A stretch of 64,000 nucleotides of DNA from Scenedesmus sp. PABB004. Its lineage: Eukaryota. Positions 12,260-24,996 of the stretch are shown here, one piece after another (the first letter of the stretch is position 1; each line of letters begins with the position of its first letter). The translations under genes were made by a program, and so were the position numbers. The DNA lies in contig JABVCE010000035.1 of the NCBI GenBank assembly GCA_014905635.1, positions 124,001 to 188,000 on the forward strand, in the 5' to 3' direction. Under the pieces are notes generated by a model, which worked only from the letters and a program-made list of their open reading frames with translations, was not told the origin of the DNA and made no database searches.

Positions 12260-14630
12260 TGCGGCCGCGGGGCCGGGGTCGGCGGCCGGCGCGGTGGCGA
12301 CCGCGCGCGGGGCTACCTGCGCACAGTGCGGCGGCGCAGCGCGGCGCGGCTCTCACCGCCTCGAACGGCGTGCGGCCGAGCAGCAGCTCGTACGCGAGCA
12401 CGCCGACCGACCAGACGTCGACCTTGGCGTCGTACCACTTGGAGGGGTTGGTCTTGTGGTCCTGCGGGTGCGCCTTGACGGGGCAGTCCAGGATCTCGGG
12501 GCTCAGGTAGTCAATGGTGCCCAGCCTGCGCGCCGGCGGCGGCGGCGGCGTCGTGGGCACCGTCCGCGTCGGCGTCAGCGGCGGCGGCGTGCAGCGTGCA
12601 GCGTGCTCAGCGCAGCGCGCGGCGCGCACCGCGTGTTGGCGACCTCGTAGGAGGAGTGGATGCTCAGCCCAAAGTCGGCGAGCTTGATCTGGTAGCTCGT
12701 GGTCAGCAGAATGTTCTCGGGCTTGACGTCGCGGTGAATCATGCCCTGGCGCGCCGCGGCGGCGACGGACGACGCGGCGCGGCGTGGGCGCGCGCGCGGC
12801 AGCGGGGTGCAAGCCCGCGGGCGCCGCGCGCCCGGAAGGGGTCCCGCGCGGCCGGCGGCGGCGCACCAGCTCGTGCGTGTAGTGCAGCGCGCTCATGGTG
12901 GGCTCGAGGATCATCGGCACCACCACGCTCTCCGGCAGCCGCCCGCCGCTCTGCTGCAGGAACGTGAACACGTTGCCCTGCGGCGCGGGGCGCAGGCGCG
13001 GCGCGCGCGGCGCCGCGGTCAGCGCACTCTAGGCTCGGTCAACGTCTGAGCACGCAACAACTGGTCGAACTGGTCTGAAACAGCGCAACACAGCGCCAAC
13101 AGCGCCACAGCAACGCACGGCGGTGGCCCGGCCGCCGCACCTCGGGGGCCCACTCCAGTACGAGGTAGATGTAATCCTTGTCCTTCCAGGCGGCGTAGAG
13201 CGCGATGATGCTCGGGTGGTTCAGCTGGATGTGCAGCCAGATCTCGCGCGCGATCTGCGGCCGCGCGCACGGCAGCACGGCGGCAGCGTCAGCACGCGGC
13301 GGCGGCGGCCGCGGCGGCGGCGTCAGCGCGCTGCAGCGGCGGAGGCGCCAAGCGCGGTGGCGGCGGCCGGCGGCGGGCGCGGCGCGCGCCTGGTGTCGCT
13401 CCATGTCGTTGAGCATCGTGCGCTTGTAGAGCTTCAGCCCGACCGTGATGCCCGACTTGCGGTCGACGGCGCGGTAGACGCTGCTGATGTGCCCCGCGTA
13501 GAGCTTGGACCGGATCTCAAACGCGCCCAGCGACCTGCGAGGCGGGCGCGGCGCGCCGCCGGCGGGGTCCGGCGGGCGGCGGCGGGCCGCCTGCTGGGGC
13601 GGGGCGCCGCCGCCGCGCGGCGCGCGCGGGCGCGGCGCCGGGCGGCGGCTGCAGCGCACCAGGTCTCCTTGAGCATCGCCGCGGGGCAGTGCTCCGCCAC
13701 CGCGATCAACGAGCTGCGGCGGCGGCGGCGGGTGCGCGTGAGCTGCTGCGCCTGCGCCCGCGCCCTCAACACAAGTTTGACCGGCCAGGCGCCCGCGCCC
13801 TCCTTGCGCGCCGCTGCCTATCGTGCACCGCGCCGCGCACCTTTCATTGTCCTGCTGCTGCTGCGGCGGCGGCGGCGGCGGCGTGTGCTCGCCGCCGCCG
13901 CCTTGCTGCTGCTGCTGCTGCTGCGCCGCGCCGCCGTCGCCGGGCGCGCCCGCCGCCGCGTCCGCTGCGTAGCGCGCCCCGTCGTGCCCGTAGCAGTGCG
14001 TCGCCGTGGCCGGCGCGGACGCGCTGCGGTGGGTGCGCGGCGGGGGCGGCGTCGGCGGGCGCCGGCGCGCGCACAGCGTGCACAGCACGCTGCTGCCGCG
14101 CCCCGTCCGCACGCGGCCGGCGCGCCCTCCCAGCGCCGCCGCCGCCGCTGCTACTGCTGCCGCGGGCAACGGCCTTGCCCCACGCCCGGCCGCGGCACCG
14201 TCGGCGCCGCGCCGTGCGCGCGGCGCACCCGTTCGCGCCGCCGGGCGTGGCGGGGTTTTCGGGCGTGAACGCTGCCACGCCGTCGTCGGCGGCGCGCGCG
14301 CGGCCGTTGCTGGACTTGCCGCTGCGACGGCGCGGGCGACGGGGGCGGCGGTGGGCCGGCGGGGCGGGGCGGTGGGCGGCAACAGCAGCAACAGCAGCAC
14401 CAGGCCTGGACCGCCCCTTGCTGCGCGGTGCTCCCGCGCGGGGCCGCCAGCGGGCGCCGGCTGAATGCGGACGTCTCGTCCGCGCCACATGCGCTGCCTG
14501 CCGCGCCGCTGCCGGCCGCGGGGCGCCCGCAACGCTGGTCAGCCGGCATTGCCGGCCGCCCCCCGCCCCGCAGGGCGCCCGCCCGAGCTCGCGCGGCCGC
14601 TCACAACAGCTCCTTGAGGGCGTGCTTCAT
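11459..14630 (-). CDS. Aurora-like Ser/Thr protein kinase (~12 exons; N-terminal exons uncertain)
   Basis: VGLKLY, RHQ|IAREIWLH, HPSIIALY, IHRDVKPENILL, KLADFG, RLGTIDYLSPE, YDAKVDVWSVGVLAYELL, HPW. Probable start MKHALKEL at 14630 followed by a GTGAGC donor. Stop TGA at 11461-11459. Confidence 0.85.
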
Positions 14631-14901
14631 GACGGCCCCCAGGGAGCTCTAAGCGTCCATCCTGTTGCCAGAAAACCGAAGCTGTTGTGCCGGCCGTCCC
14701 CTGTGCGCGAGAGCGGCGGTTGGCGACGCTGACGGCGGGCGGCTGGGCTGCGCGGGCGGCGACGAGGCAAGCGGGCGGCGGGGAGTTTGTGCCGACGCGC
14801 GCGGCGGCGGCGGTGCACGCCGCTGCGCCCTGCGCCGCGCCGCGCGGCGGTGTCCGCGGCTCGGGAAACGCACGCACGCATTGAGCACGGGCCGGGGGGC
14901 G

Positions 14902-17256
14902 TCACACGGCGAGGGGCTCGCCCGCGCCCGCGTCACTCCCGCCGCCGGCGGCCGCGGCTGCCTCGGCCGGGCCGCCGCCACCGGCGTTCGCCTCGCCGCG
15001 CCCGCCGGCGCCGGCGTCGGCCTCCAGCTGCGCCAGCACCGAGTCCAGGGCGAAGAGGCAGGAGGGAATGAAGTGGTCCCTCACCATGGCCGGGTTGAGA
15101 CGCACGCGGCCGTACGCGGCCTGCACGTCGCGCACCTCGATGAGAGCGTACGCGTCGCCCAGCCCGGGCGTCCCCGTCGCACCCGTGAGCGGCGGCAGCG
15201 CCGGCGGCGCGGCGCCGGTCTGCGCCGCGGCGACGACGCTCGCCGGCAGCAGGTGCAGGACGCGGCCGACCGGGTACATGCGGCGCCGCGCCGCGCGCTC
15301 CGCGGCGCGGTCCTTGTCGGGGCTGCTGCCGGCGCTGGCCGGCGCGGGCGGCGCCGCCCCGCCGCCGCCGGCAGGCGGCGGCGACGGCGCGCCGGCCGCG
15401 CCGCCGCCGGGCGCCGCGCCGCGCCGCGCCGCCGCCGCCAGGCGCGCGAGGTCGGCGGCCGACGCGCCGCCGCCACCGCCGGCCTCGCGCAGCAGCTGCT
15501 CCGCGGCGGCCGCCTCCTGCGCGTGCGCGGCGCTTAGCGCGCCGCCGCCCTCGCCCGTGCCCACCGCCGCCATGAGGGCGGAGATGCTCGCCCGCAGCGC
15601 CGGCTGGTTGGGCGCCAGCGCCACGACCAGCGAGCCGCCGGCGCCGCCGTCGGCGCCGTCGCGCTCGGGCAGCAGGTCGGGGTCACTCTCGCTGTCGCCG
15701 TCGAGACCCTCATCCGCCGCGCCCTCGCTGCCGCTGCCGCTGCCGCTGCTGCCGCTGCCGCCGCCGGGCCGGCCGGGGCTGCGCCGCCGCCGCGCGCGGC
15801 TGCGCCGCCCCGCCGCCGCGCCGCCCCGCGACTCGCGCTCCATGCGCATGAGATCGCTGCTGCTGCCCGGCGCCGTCGTCACCGCGCCTGCCGGCGTGGG
15901 CGCCGGCGCGGGCGCGGGCGCCGGCTGCGCCTGCAGCCGCTGCGCCGCGCGGCGGCCCTGCTCGCCGCCGCCGCCCGCGCCCGGTGCGAGCCAGGCCGCG
16001 CCGCCGTCGCCGGCGACGGGCGCGACACACGCGCCGAGCACCGGCAGCGTGCCCTTGAGCAGGTGGCCCGTGGTGGCGATGGCCGCGCGCCCCGCGTGGC
16101 CGACCGTCTGCCCCAGGAGCGCGACGACGCTGCCGCCGCCGCTGCCGTGGCCGCCCTCGCCGTCGGCGACCCAGCCGCCGCCGGGGCCGCCCAGCACGCT
16201 GTCCCAGGCCCAGCCGCGCCGCCGCAGGCTCAGCGGCACGGGCTTGCCGGCGCTGCTCGCGGCCACCGCGGCGTCGGCGTCGCCGTCGTCGGCGCTGCCG
16301 CTCCAGGCCGCCGCCGACGACACGGGCAGGCCCGCCGCGCCGCCGGCCCCGCCCGCCGCCGCCGCCGCCGCGCTGCTGCTGCTGCCGCCGCCAGCGACAG
16401 CAGCCTCCGCGCCCGGCGCCTGGCCGTCGTCGTCGTCCTTCTTGCCCGGCGCCGCCGCCGGCCGCTTCGTGCCGAGCACCGCCCGCGACGCGGCCTGCAG
16501 CCCGCTCGCCAGCCCGCTCGCCAGCCCGCCGGCGCCGCCGCGCCTGCCGGTGGCGCCTGCGCGGCCGCCCGGCGGCGGTCCCAGCTCCGCTTCGAGGTCC
16601 CCGGCGTCCGCCGCCGACAGGCACGCCTCCAGCGCGCGCTCAACCAGCACCGCCTCGTCGCTGCCGGGTGGCGGCCCCGCGCCGCTGCCCGCGGGGCCGG
16701 CGTCGCTGCTGCGGCGCCGGCCGATGCGCAGCCAGGACGCGCCGCCGCCGCCGGGGCGCGCCAGCAGGCCGGAGCGCTCAGAGGGAGCGAGCCCGCTGCC
16801 GGCGTCGGCCGCGCCGCCACCAAACCAGCCCGCGAGCGCGCCACGCCGGGGCGCCGGCGGCGGCACGCCTGCCCGGTCGCCGGGCTGGCGCGGGCCGCGG
16901 CTGTAGCAGGAGCGCGGCGCGGCGCTGTAGCACGAGCTGCGGCGGCGGGCGGGGGCGCGCGTGCGGACAGTGATCAGGCGGGCGCCCGCAGGCGGCGCGG
17001 CAGCGGCGGCGGCGCTGCTGCGCGGCTCGCCTGAACGATGTGGCCGCCCACTGCGCCGTGCCCGCCGCGCCGCTGGCGACAACGCGCAGGCTGCTGCTCA
17101 GGTTGGCGGCGAGGCGCTGGCGCACGCTGTCCCTGAACTCTGCAAACCAGGCCGACTCGGTGACCTGTGCGGGGGGTGCGGGCCGGCAGGCGGGGTGGGC
17201 AGCAGTGCCCGGCCAGCCGCGCAGCGGGGCGTGCGCTGTGCGGCGCGGCCGGCTGC

Positions 17257-17315
<59 letters not shown>

Positions 17316-18993
17316 ACCTCCTGGCGCAGGTCGTCGATGGCCGCCGAGCTGAACGACGGCACGACGTCGGTGCCTGCGCAGCGGCGGCGGCGATTGCCGG
17401 CCGACGGTCCAAGGAGCGCTGCCGCCGCTGCGGCTGCTGGCGCCGCCGCAAGCGCCGCCGCCGCCGGCGCCGCACCGTGGACGAGGGTCGTGACGAAGCT
17501 CGCGCAGCTCCGCCCCAGGTCCAGAGTCATGCACGCGGGGCACGCAATCGCCAGGGCGGTCACGTGCGCGAGCTCCGGCGCCTGCCGGCGCGGCGCGGCG
17601 CGGCGCGTGTGGGGCTCCGCCCCGCGCCGGCGCGGCGGAGCGCGGGGCCCCCGAGCAGCGCCCCCGCCCCCGGCCCCGGGCCGACCTTCTCTCGCAGCAG
17701 CATCGCCAGCATCGCCGCAGTGCCGCCGCCCATCGAGTGCCCTGCGGCGAGCGGCCGCGCGCGTGCAGCGCGGCGCCGTGGTGCGGCGGCACCGGCGCAG
17801 GCGTGCGCGCCGTGCAGAGCGGCCGCGCGCGCCGCGCCGCGCCGCGCCGCGCCGCACCGACGACGCGCAGCTCATAGCCCGGGTGCGCCGCGACCGCGGC
17901 GGCGAGCGGCTCGCGCGTGCGGCCGAGCAGCCAGCGCGCGGCGGCGAGCATGCCCAGGTGGGAGTAGCCCAGCACGACGCCGCCGTCGGGCGTGACGGCG
18001 TGGTGCGGCTTCACCGTGCCTGCGTGCGGGGCGCGCCGCTGCGTCGGCGGCGCGACGCACGGGGGAGCGGGGCTCGCAGCGCCCGCGAGCTCCCTCCCCT
18101 GCCCTCCCCGCCCAATCCCTGCGCGCCGCACCGGTGAGGCTGGTGAACATGTCTTGCCGCGAGTGCGTGCCGCGCACGCACAGCACGATCGCGGCGCTCT
18201 CGCGGTCGCGCACGAGCACGTACGCGGGGCGCAGCAGCCCCGCGGCGGGGCTGTGAACCAGGACGTCGGACGCGCCTGCGGGGCGGCCCGGCGCAGGCGG
18301 GGCGCGGGCAGGTCTCGGCGGGGCGCAGTGGGACGCGGCGCGACGCGGCGCCGGCGGCAGCGCGAGCCGCGCGCCGCGCACCCAGGCCGATCGTGTCGTG
18401 CCAGTGGCGGCGCTGCTGCTCGGGGCGGTGGTGGCGCAGGCCCTGGCAGAGCAGCATCACGCGCCGCGCGCCGCGCAGCTCCGCCGCGAGCGCGGCCGCG
18501 GCGCCGGGGGCGGCGGCGAGGCCGGGGCCGGCGAGCGGCACGCCCGCGGCCGCGATGTCGGCGGCGGGGTATTCGACCGTCGTCCGGCGCGCCAGATAGG
18601 CGAGCCCAAAGAACAGGTCCAGCGCGTGCCAGCGGCCGAGCGTCTCCTGGTACGTGTAGCTGCGCGGCGGCGGTGGGCGCGGCGCCGCGGCGTCCACGAG
18701 CAGCGGCGGCGGGCGCGGCGGCCGGCGCGCGGGCGCGGGCGGGGCATGCCGCGCGCGCTGCGTGCTTGTCGCGGTGGCGCGCGCGGGGCCCCGGCGGCGG
18801 CGCCGCACCGCAGCGCCTCATGGAAGAGGTACACGGTCTCGCGCCACGTCTGCGGCGGCGCCTCGGTGCGCGCGTGCGGCTCGTCGCGCGCCGGCAGCAG
18901 CCCCTCCGCGCCGCCGGCGCCGCCGCACTGCCAGCGGCGCAGGTAGACGTAGAAGCCCAGCGCCGCCGCGCCGACGGCCATGGGCGAGGCCAT
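14902..18993 (-). CDS. Class-3 lipase (mono/diacylglycerol-lipase-like, Lipase3_N + Lipase_3) with a long low-complexity C-terminal region
   Basis: YTYQETLGRW..LDLFFGL, LLRPAY, LCVRGTHS, GYSHLGMLAAARW, nucleophile motif G|HSMGGGTA, ACPACMT, VHG|TDVVPSFS, C-terminal MYPVGRVLHL and MVRDHFI. Confidence 0.9.
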
Positions 18994-19180
18994 GCCGCGG
19001 CGCGGCGCGGCGCATGCGGCCGCCCGCCGCCCGCGCCGCCGCGCGCCGCCGGCGGGGCGCCGCGCCCCGCGCTGGGGCGCCTGGGTCGAGGGCTGCGCGG
19101 CGCGCCGAGCAGAAGGGCGCGGGGGCTGGCCGGTTGGCGCTGCGCCGCGCAGCGCACGGGGACAGCGCGGCGGCGCGCCC

Positions 19181-19211
<31 letters not shown>

Positions 19212-19589
19212 GTGCTGCTGGTCTGGTGCTGCCGATCAGCTCTGTGGTCACACCGCGTCGCGCGGAGCTGGCTGGCGGTCGCGGGCGGCGTCAGGGCGCA
19301 ACCTGAATGAGGTGCGGCACTCTTCTGCAGCTCCCCGCCTGCGTTCGCGATACCCACTCCATCGCTCCCGGGCGGAGGGTCGCTCCCCTCGCCCGTCTCA
19401 CCGCCGCTCGCGGTGCCCAGGCGCGCCAGCAGCCTGCAGGCTCTGCAGCAGCAGCAGCAGCAGCAGCGGCGGCGCCCGCCGCGCCGCGCCGCATCGCCGC
19501 GCCGCATCGCCGCCGCGCCGCATCGCCCCGCCTCCGCCAGCCGCGCGGCATCGCCCCGCCTCCGCCAGCAGCCGCCGCACGCAGCAGCG

Positions 19590-21088
19590 ATGTCGAACAG
19601 CAAGTATGCGAAGCTCCAATCGCGCCAGAACTACCCGCGCACATGGGCGCTGGACCTGTCGGCGACGCCGACGCGCCCCGGTTTCTGCTGCTTCGCCACG
19701 TTCTGGTGCGCGGCGCGTGGGGGCGGCAGGGTTGCTCCTGCTCGCGCCACGGCCGCCCGACCGCCGCGCGCCGCCGCCGCCGCCGCGCCACACTGCAGCT
19801 CCTACTGCGCATCATACACCCTGCGCAAGCAGGCGCTCTACGGCGACATGTCCCGCTACGTCTGCTGCAACGGCGACTGCCCCTGCTCGGGGCGCTGCGG
19901 CGAGCAGAGCAACCCCGAGTGCTGCCTCTGCATGGAGGTGCGGCGCGCGGGCGGCCGGCCGGCGCCACGGCGCCCCGGCGCGGACCCGACCGCGCGCGCG
20001 CGCGCCGCTCACCCCGCCGCCGCGCCGCCGCCGCCGGGGGGCCGCCCGGCAGGTGTTCTGCTGCTTCGCGCAGAGCGTGGCGAGCACGCGGTGGATGATC
20101 CAGGACGAGCTGCGCATCCAGACGACGAGCTGCGACAACTGCATCATCGGCACGAGTGAGCGCCGCCGCCCGCCGCCGCGCGCCGCCGGCTGCGCGCCCC
20201 TCCTCCCCCCTCCGCCCTCCGCTCCCCCCTGCCGCGCGCCCGCCACTGCGCCGCACAGCTCACCGCCCGCCGCCGCTCACCACCACCACCACCGCTCTCC
20301 CCCGGCAGTGATCTTCATGCAGTACTTTGCCTGCCTCTGCTCCATCGCCGCGTGCCTCACGGGCAGTCAGGAGATCAACGACCTCGCGCAGCTCCTCGAC
20401 TGCGTCGCCGACGTGCTCTGGTGCACGTGAGCGCCGCAGCGGCGCGCACGGCGCGCACGGCGTGCGCAGCGTGCGCAGCGTGCGCAGCGTGCGCAGCGTG
20501 CGCAGCGCGGCGCGGCACCGGCGCCCGACCGACCGCGCGCCGATCGACCGCGCGGCGCCGCAGTGTGTGCGCGTGCATGCAGACGCAGCACAAGGCGGAG
20601 CTGGACCTGCGCGACAGCGGCGGCGCGCCGCGCGCGCCGCCGCCCGGCCACCACGCGCCGGCGGTGCAGATGATCCACACGGGTGCGCACGCAGCGCGCA
20701 GCGCGCAGCACGCAGCGCGTGCGCACGGCCGCCGCCGACCCGCGCGGGCCGCCTGCGGCTGGCTCGAGCCGCCGCCGCCGCCGCCGCCGCCACGGTCGCG
20801 CGCAGGCGGCCACCCGCCCCAGCCTGGCGGCTACCCGCCCCAGCCGGGCTACGCGCCCCAGCCCGGCTACGCGCCCCAGCCCGGCTATGCGCCCCAGCCC
20901 GGCTACGCGCCCCAGCCCGGTGAGCGCTCGCGACCGGGGCTCGCGCGCTGCGCGGGCTGCGCCGCCTGCGTTGCAGCAGCCGACGCCGGCGCGGCCGCGC
21001 CCGCCGCCGCTGCCGCCGCGCAGGCGCCTACCCGCCGCAGCAGGCGCCGCCGGGGTACCCTCAGCCGCAGGCGGGCATGTACCGCTGA
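19590..21088 (+). CDS. PLAC8-family Cys-rich membrane protein with C-terminal GYAPQP repeats, 7 exons
   Basis: SYTLRKQALYGDMSRYVCCNG, CGEQSNPECCLCME|VFCCFAQSVASTRWMIQDE, CDNCII, VCACMQTQHKAELD, and (PGYAPQ)n. Ends AGMYR-TGA. Confidence 0.9.
20815..20919 (+). repeat. Coding 18-bp tandem repeat (PGYAPQ, ~5 units)
   Basis: ccggctacgcgccccagc units. Confidence 0.9.
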
Positions 21089-21353
21089 GCTGAGCTGAGC
21101 TGTGCTGCCAGAGGCCCCGGGGCTGATCGATTGGCCGCTTTCGATGCCGTTCGCGTTTGAACGCTGCACGCTGCACCCGCCGAGTTGGGCGCTAGAGAAA
21201 TGCACTGCCGGGTGGCGCCGCCGCCGCACACAGCACTCGCCTTTTGCCTTTTGCCCGCGCGCCGCCGGGGCGCAGGGCCTAGCGTTGCGGACGGACGGAC
21301 GGGCTGCGCGGCGCGGCGCGGCAATCTCGCCAGCTGCGGGGAAGGGAGGGAGC

Positions 21354-21375
21354 TGTAAACGACTGGGCTCTTACA
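21354..21375. terminator. Opposed TGTAA poly(A) signals: + strand at 21354-21358 (PLAC8), - strand at 21375-21371 (probably CBM20 gene)
   Basis: ctgtaaac...cttacaag between convergent genes. TGTAA is the established chlorophyte poly(A) signal. Confidence 0.6.
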
Positions 21376-22438
21376 AGCCGAGTGGCCGCGTCGTCTATGG
21401 GGCGCGCGCCGGCAAGGGGCAGGCGTTTGATGCGCCTCACGCGCAGGGAGTCGAACCGCGGTCAAACCTCAACGCGCGCTGTCGCATGTTGGTACAAGGA
21501 AACGCCCACCACCACACGCCCCGCCGCGCAAACGGCAGAGGCCTCGTGCTCGCGACGTCGGCAGCCTGCTGCTGCGAGCCAGCAGCAGGCGCGTCAGCAT
21601 CATCAGCGCCCACAAAACGACACATCAATGTCCCCCCGCACCACAGGTCAAGAGCTCTGTCGGTGTTCTGCACGGCCTGGCTAGAAGAGCGACCCCGTCC
21701 CGCGCTTCGCTCCCTCGCTTGCGAGCACCACCTCCTCCTCCAGCTTCAGCAGGCAGGCCGCCGCCGGCGCTGCGGCGGCGAATTCGCGCGCGCGCCGGCG
21801 GCGGGGCCCGCCTCGCTCCTCCTCGGCCCGATCGATCGATCGAGCCCCTGTCGCGCTCAGCAGCTCGGCTCGGCTCCACGCGACGGCTAGGCGACCCCAG
21901 AGGCCTCCCCCAAATAAGTGCCCCTCCTCGCGTCCCACGAGAGACCGCGCCGCCGCCCGCGCGGCGCGACTGGCGCGTGCAGCCGCACTGCTGCCGCGGC
22001 TGGTTGGGGCGCCGCCAGGCGCCGCGCGGGGCGGGCGGGCGCGTGCACGGACAGAGCCCATGCCGCCCGTGCGTGCGTGCCCACGAGGGGCTCGCTGGCA
22101 TTCTTCCAGGGGCCGCGATGGTGGTGTGGGTGGAGGGGCGCGGCGCCGCCGCTGCGCGCGCCCCGCAGAGGGGCGAGCACGCGCGCGCGCGCGCGCCGCG
22201 CCCGGGGGCGTGCGTGTGTGCATTGCTCAACTCACTTCAAGCGCGACGCTCCGGCTCGGCACACAAAACGCGGGAGCTCAGCAGTACCAGACAGAGAGAC
22301 AGCCAGACAGCCACGTCATCCCGTCAGCAGCAGCAGCAACAACAATCGCGAGCCCGCGGCCGCCGGCAGGCGCCGCGGCGGCGGCAGCGCGGGCGCGCGC
22401 ATGCGCGCGCGCGGCACGCGGCACTCGGCGCGCGCCGC

Positions 22439-24996
22439 TCACGCCACCACCGCGGCCGCGGCCGCCGCGCCCGCGCCGAGGCTCGCCGTGAGCGCGGCGA
22501 GGCGGCGGTCGGCGGCGAGCATGCGGGGGTCGGTCGGGTCGTCGGTCCAGTGGTCCAGCTCCGCGCTGTGCTGCAGCGCGGCCATCACGCTCTGCAGCGC
22601 CTGCCAGCGCGCGTGCTCCTCCGGCGTCGCGCCCGCGCGCGGCGGCGGCACAAACACGCGCGGCACCTCCGGCGCCTCGCCCTGCTGCTGCTGCTGCTGC
22701 GCCGCCGCCGCCGCCGCGGCGCCGCCGCCCCAGGGGTCCTGGTGCGCCTGGTGCTCGTTCGCGGCAAAGCGCGGCTTGTCGGTCCAGTGCTGCATCACGC
22801 CCGGCTCCGGCGCGGGCGCGCCGACGGGCGTGTCGCGGATGCCGTCCAGCGGCCGCGCGAGCGCGGCGCCGGCGCCGCCGTCCATGCGGCTGTAGCGGCC
22901 GCGCGCCTGGGCGACGCCGCCGGCCTCGTCGCCGGCGCCGGGCGCCGCGTCGGCGTAGCCAAAGCGCGGGCTGTCGGTGTGCACAGCGACGCCGTCGGCC
23001 GTCTGCGCGTACGCCGCCTGCCCCGACGGCGGCGTCGCGCGCCAGCCGCCCGGCGCGCCGCGCCCCGCGTACGGGCCGCGCCGGTTCGCGCGCCGGTGGC
23101 TCTTGGTCCAGCTGTCCAGCACCAGCACGCCGCGCCGGCGGCCGTTGTTGCCCTGCGCGACCGGCACGTCCATGCGCAGGTTCTCGCCCGGCTGCCAGCG
23201 GTCCATCGTGCCGTCGGCGTTGCGCACGACGTACTTGTAGTCCACAGCCTCCCTGCGCGAGCGGGCGCGGGAGGGCGCGGCGCGGGCGCGTCGGCGGCGA
23301 GCGGGCGGCGGGCGGCGAGCGCGGTCGCGCGCGCGCGCGCGATCGCGGCCCGCCGCGCGCGCGCGCGGGCGCTCACCCGGCGGGCAGCTCCACGCTCGCC
23401 TCCCACACGTGGCCCTCCTGCCAGTTGAGGCGCACCGCCGCGTCGGTGTTCCACGACCCGAGGCTCGCGCAGCTGCCGACGACGAGCAGCACCTGCCCAA
23501 AGTCGACCTTGACCCGGATGTTGAACCGCACCGACGTGCCGGCCGCGAGCACGCGCTTGACCTGCTTCGCCTGCGGGGCGACCGCGGCGACAGCGCGGTC
23601 AGGGTCAGGGTCAGGCCGGTGCAACTGCGGGCCTGTGGCCTCGGCCTGGGCTCGCGCGCGCTGCCGCCGCAGCCTCGCCCGCCGCTGCGGCCGGCGCCCG
23701 CCGCGTCGGCCCCCGCCCGGCGGCGCCGCCGCGCGCCGCACCTGGTTCCACGAGTCCTCCACGTCCAGCGCGAGCGCCTCGGCCTGGCCGCCGGGCATCT
23801 CCAGCGACACGTTGTCGCCCTCCTGCCAGCGCAGCACCTCGGCGCCGGCGCGCACGACATACTTGTACTGAATGTGCAACCTGCGCCGGCGATGCGCGGT
23901 GGTGCGGTGGTGGTGGTGAGCGCGCGGGCCAGAGAGGGGCTGCGGGGGCGAGCCAGCGCGCTCGAGAGAGAGGGCGGGCGGCGGCCAGCGCGGCGCGGCG
24001 CGCGCGCGCCGCACCCCGCGGGCAGCTCCACCGAGCCCTGCCAGATGTGCCCCGCGCTCCAGGTGAGGCGCACGCCCTGCGCGGCGGGGGCGCGTGAGTG
24101 CGCGCCGCGGCCGCAGCCCCCGCCGCCGCCGCCGCTGCCCCCGCTGCCCCCGCCGCTGCGGCCGCTGCCACGCTGCGCGCGCCGCGCGGGGCTCGCCTGC
24201 ATCACGTCCCAGTTGCCGAGCGCCGCGCAGTTGCCGACCAGGTACACCTCTTGCCCAAAGTCGGTCTTGTAGCGCACGTGAAACTGTGGGAGCGACGCGC
24301 GGCGGCAGCAGGCGCGGTCGACAGCAGCAGACGCGGCGCCGGCGCGGCCGCGGGCGCGCGCGCGCACGCATGCGGGGCCCCGCCGCCCCAGCGCGGAGCC
24401 CGCCGCCGCCGCCGCCCGCCGGCGCGCGCCGCACCTTGACCGAGCGCGTGCTGGCAAACATCTTGCGCCCGTTCTTGCTGCGCTTCGCGAGGCCTGCGCG
24501 GCGGTTGCGGCGGGTGGGCGCGCGGCGCGGCGCGGCGGGGCGCGACGCGGCGCCTCGGCGGCACCGCGCCGCGCGCGTGTGCGGCCTGCCGCCCCGCCGC
24601 GCCGGCCCACGGCGGCTACGAGCCCCGCGCGCGCCCCAGGCGGCGGTCCACGCACCGGCATCGCCCTGCTGCCGGCCGCGCTGCTCCGCGCTCCCCGTGG
24701 CGGGGCCCTGCGCGTGGCGTGCGATCGCGTCAGGGTGGGTGTTCCGCGCGTGCGGCGGACGCGCACAGGCGCCGGGCGGCGCGACAGCACGCCGTGCGAG
24801 GCTTTCGGCCGCCCGCCGAGCAGGGCGGCCGGGGGCGCACCTGGGGCCGGCTGTGCACGGTGGCGCCGCTGCGCCGGTAGTACGCGGCCACCGCCAGGCG
24901 GCAGGCGCGCGACGCGGCGCGCGGCAGCGATGGCGTCGCCAGGCGCGGCGCCGCGGCCGCGCCTCGCCGCGCGAGCGCGGTCAGGCTGGCGTTCAT
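22439..24996 (-). CDS. Plastid-targeted protein with two tandem CBM20 starch-binding domains and no catalytic domain
   Basis: Transit-like MNASLTALARR... CBM20-1: FHVRYKTDFGQEVYLVGNCAALGNWD..LTWSAGHIW..YKYVV..WQEGDN. CBM20-2: VRFNI.VKVDFGQ.LLVVGS...LGSWN..LNWQEGHVW..YKYVV..WQPGEN. Exon 2 is uncertain. Confidence 0.85.
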
